DNA of 63,982 nucleotides, counting the filler, from Octopus bimaculoides (lineage: Eukaryota), in NCBI RefSeq assembly GCF_001194135.2. It is 6 parts of 5 records of this genome, joined end to end, with 100 filler letters (N's around TTAATTAATTAA, not from the genome) between each part and the next. Parts side by side here need not be neighbours in the genome. Positions count along the whole stretch, not along the records: positions 62,973 to 63,982 come from NW_026411451.1; 5 more parts are not named here. One strand, written 5' to 3'. The number at the start of each line of letters is the position of its first letter. The stretch's first letter is position 1. Below are positions 62,873-63,982 of this stretch, one piece after another. A program made the translations under genes and the position numbers. The notes beneath the pieces were generated by a model. That model had not been told where the DNA came from. It saw nothing but the letters and a program-made list of their open reading frames with translations, and did no database searches.

Positions 62873-63939
62873 NNNNNNNNNNNNNNNNNNNNNNNNNNNN
62901 NNNNNNNNNNNNNNNNTTAATTAATTAANNNNNNNNNNNNNNNNNNNNNNNNNNNNNNNNNNNNNNNNNNNNTTTAACAATAAGAGGTATGTTAATAACA
63001 ATAAAATGAAATGAAAATGTCCTCCTTAAGAGATTTAACATTGAAATGAAGTTAGTTTATACAAAAATCAAGAAGTGATGTCAGTATTGAATTCAGAGGC
63101 TATAGATAAGGTGTAAGGTCTAAGGATATTAAGTATATTGGGTTCATGAAAACTATTTTGAATTATTTTTAAAATGATTTTAAAATTTTAGTTGATATAT
63201 ATAATAATACTATTTTGAAGACACATAAATTTAAGCTATATTTTTATAATGTGAAGAAAAAAAATTAGTATAGGATTTATATAATAAGGTTTGAGGAACA
63301 GAAAAAGAAAAATGATATTAGGAATTAACAAGGCCATCCAATACAGGAACATGATGATTGATTAAAAGTTTCATTAGTCATGAGTTTGTTTTAAGATTAA
63401 CATGGGCTAATTAAAGAATATTAATTGAATAAGGATTAGATTAATTTTGGGCATAAGGATTAGATTTATTTAAGTTAAAAATTTTTAAAAACTTTAAAAA
63501 AACAAGACACTATCGCTGTAAGCCCTGGAATAATGTAATAAATAATAATGATTCTTTTAAAATCAAGCATTAAATAAGGTAAAAACTAATGAAAATTTCC
63601 AATTCTTATAAGCTATATAGGGTTAAGATACATATTGAGAAAACTAACAGCATTAGCAGAAGTGGTGTGAAAAAATATCTTCTATGGAGCAAAAGATGAA
63701 ATCTTATTTATCACAAGTAGATTAAATGATAAGGTGAGAGATCAGGAATATATGTTATAAAGGTTCAATTTCCAATTTTAAATAAATGGAGTAGCATGAA
63801 ACGTGCGTACTGCAACCATCTTTAAAATCCTTGTTGCTTATTTTGATATATATATATATATAAAGAAACATTGATTATAGAACAAACATTAAATTCGAGT
63901 CAATATGCTTTATTTAAAAGCAGCAGAAATAAAACAAAA

Positions 63940-63977
63940 CTGTTCGATGAACGGGAACGTGAAACTCTGAGTAACAG
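63940..63977 (+). ncRNA. Type I hammerhead-like RNA with a non-canonical UCGAUGA core
   Basis: CTGT-TCGATGA-ACG-GGAA-CGT-GAA-ACTC-T-GAGT-A-ACAG: stems I, II and III are all perfectly paired; GUA triplet ends at 63973. Confidence 0.68.
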
Positions 63978-63982
63978 CTTTT

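Overview
Repeat-saturated, gap-ridden animal genomic DNA. The SINE and microsatellite content looks like a coleoid cephalopod, most likely Octopus (inference). I can support no intact host protein-coding gene, rRNA, functional tRNA or CRISPR array; almost all ORFs in the supplied track are microsatellite or N-gap artefacts. The window contains three tRNA-derived SINE families (here called A, B, C), decayed non-LTR retrotransposons of the L1/Tx1, R4/Dong (restriction-like endonuclease), RTE and Penelope-like types, several DNA-transposon remnants or MITEs (mariner, pogo/Tigger, hAT, and a TIR element with SAP and SWIM remnants), many microsatellites, and five artificial 100-nt scaffold spacers (44N-TTAATTAATTAA-44N). 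The most interesting signals are: (1) several hammerhead-ribozyme (HHR)-like motifs, including a promoter cassette with 60-bp repeats, TATA and Inr followed by two tandem HHR-like motifs (8730-9150), an inverted pair of HHRs (59138-59625) and a geometrically perfect HHR with a non-canonical core (63940-63977); (2) two Tx1-like junctions that map to the same site in the SINE A tRNA head, suggesting target specificity; (3) an ORF1-only Tx1-like element whose 3' tail is shared with one SINE B tail type. All family assignments come from motifs read by eye, without database searches.
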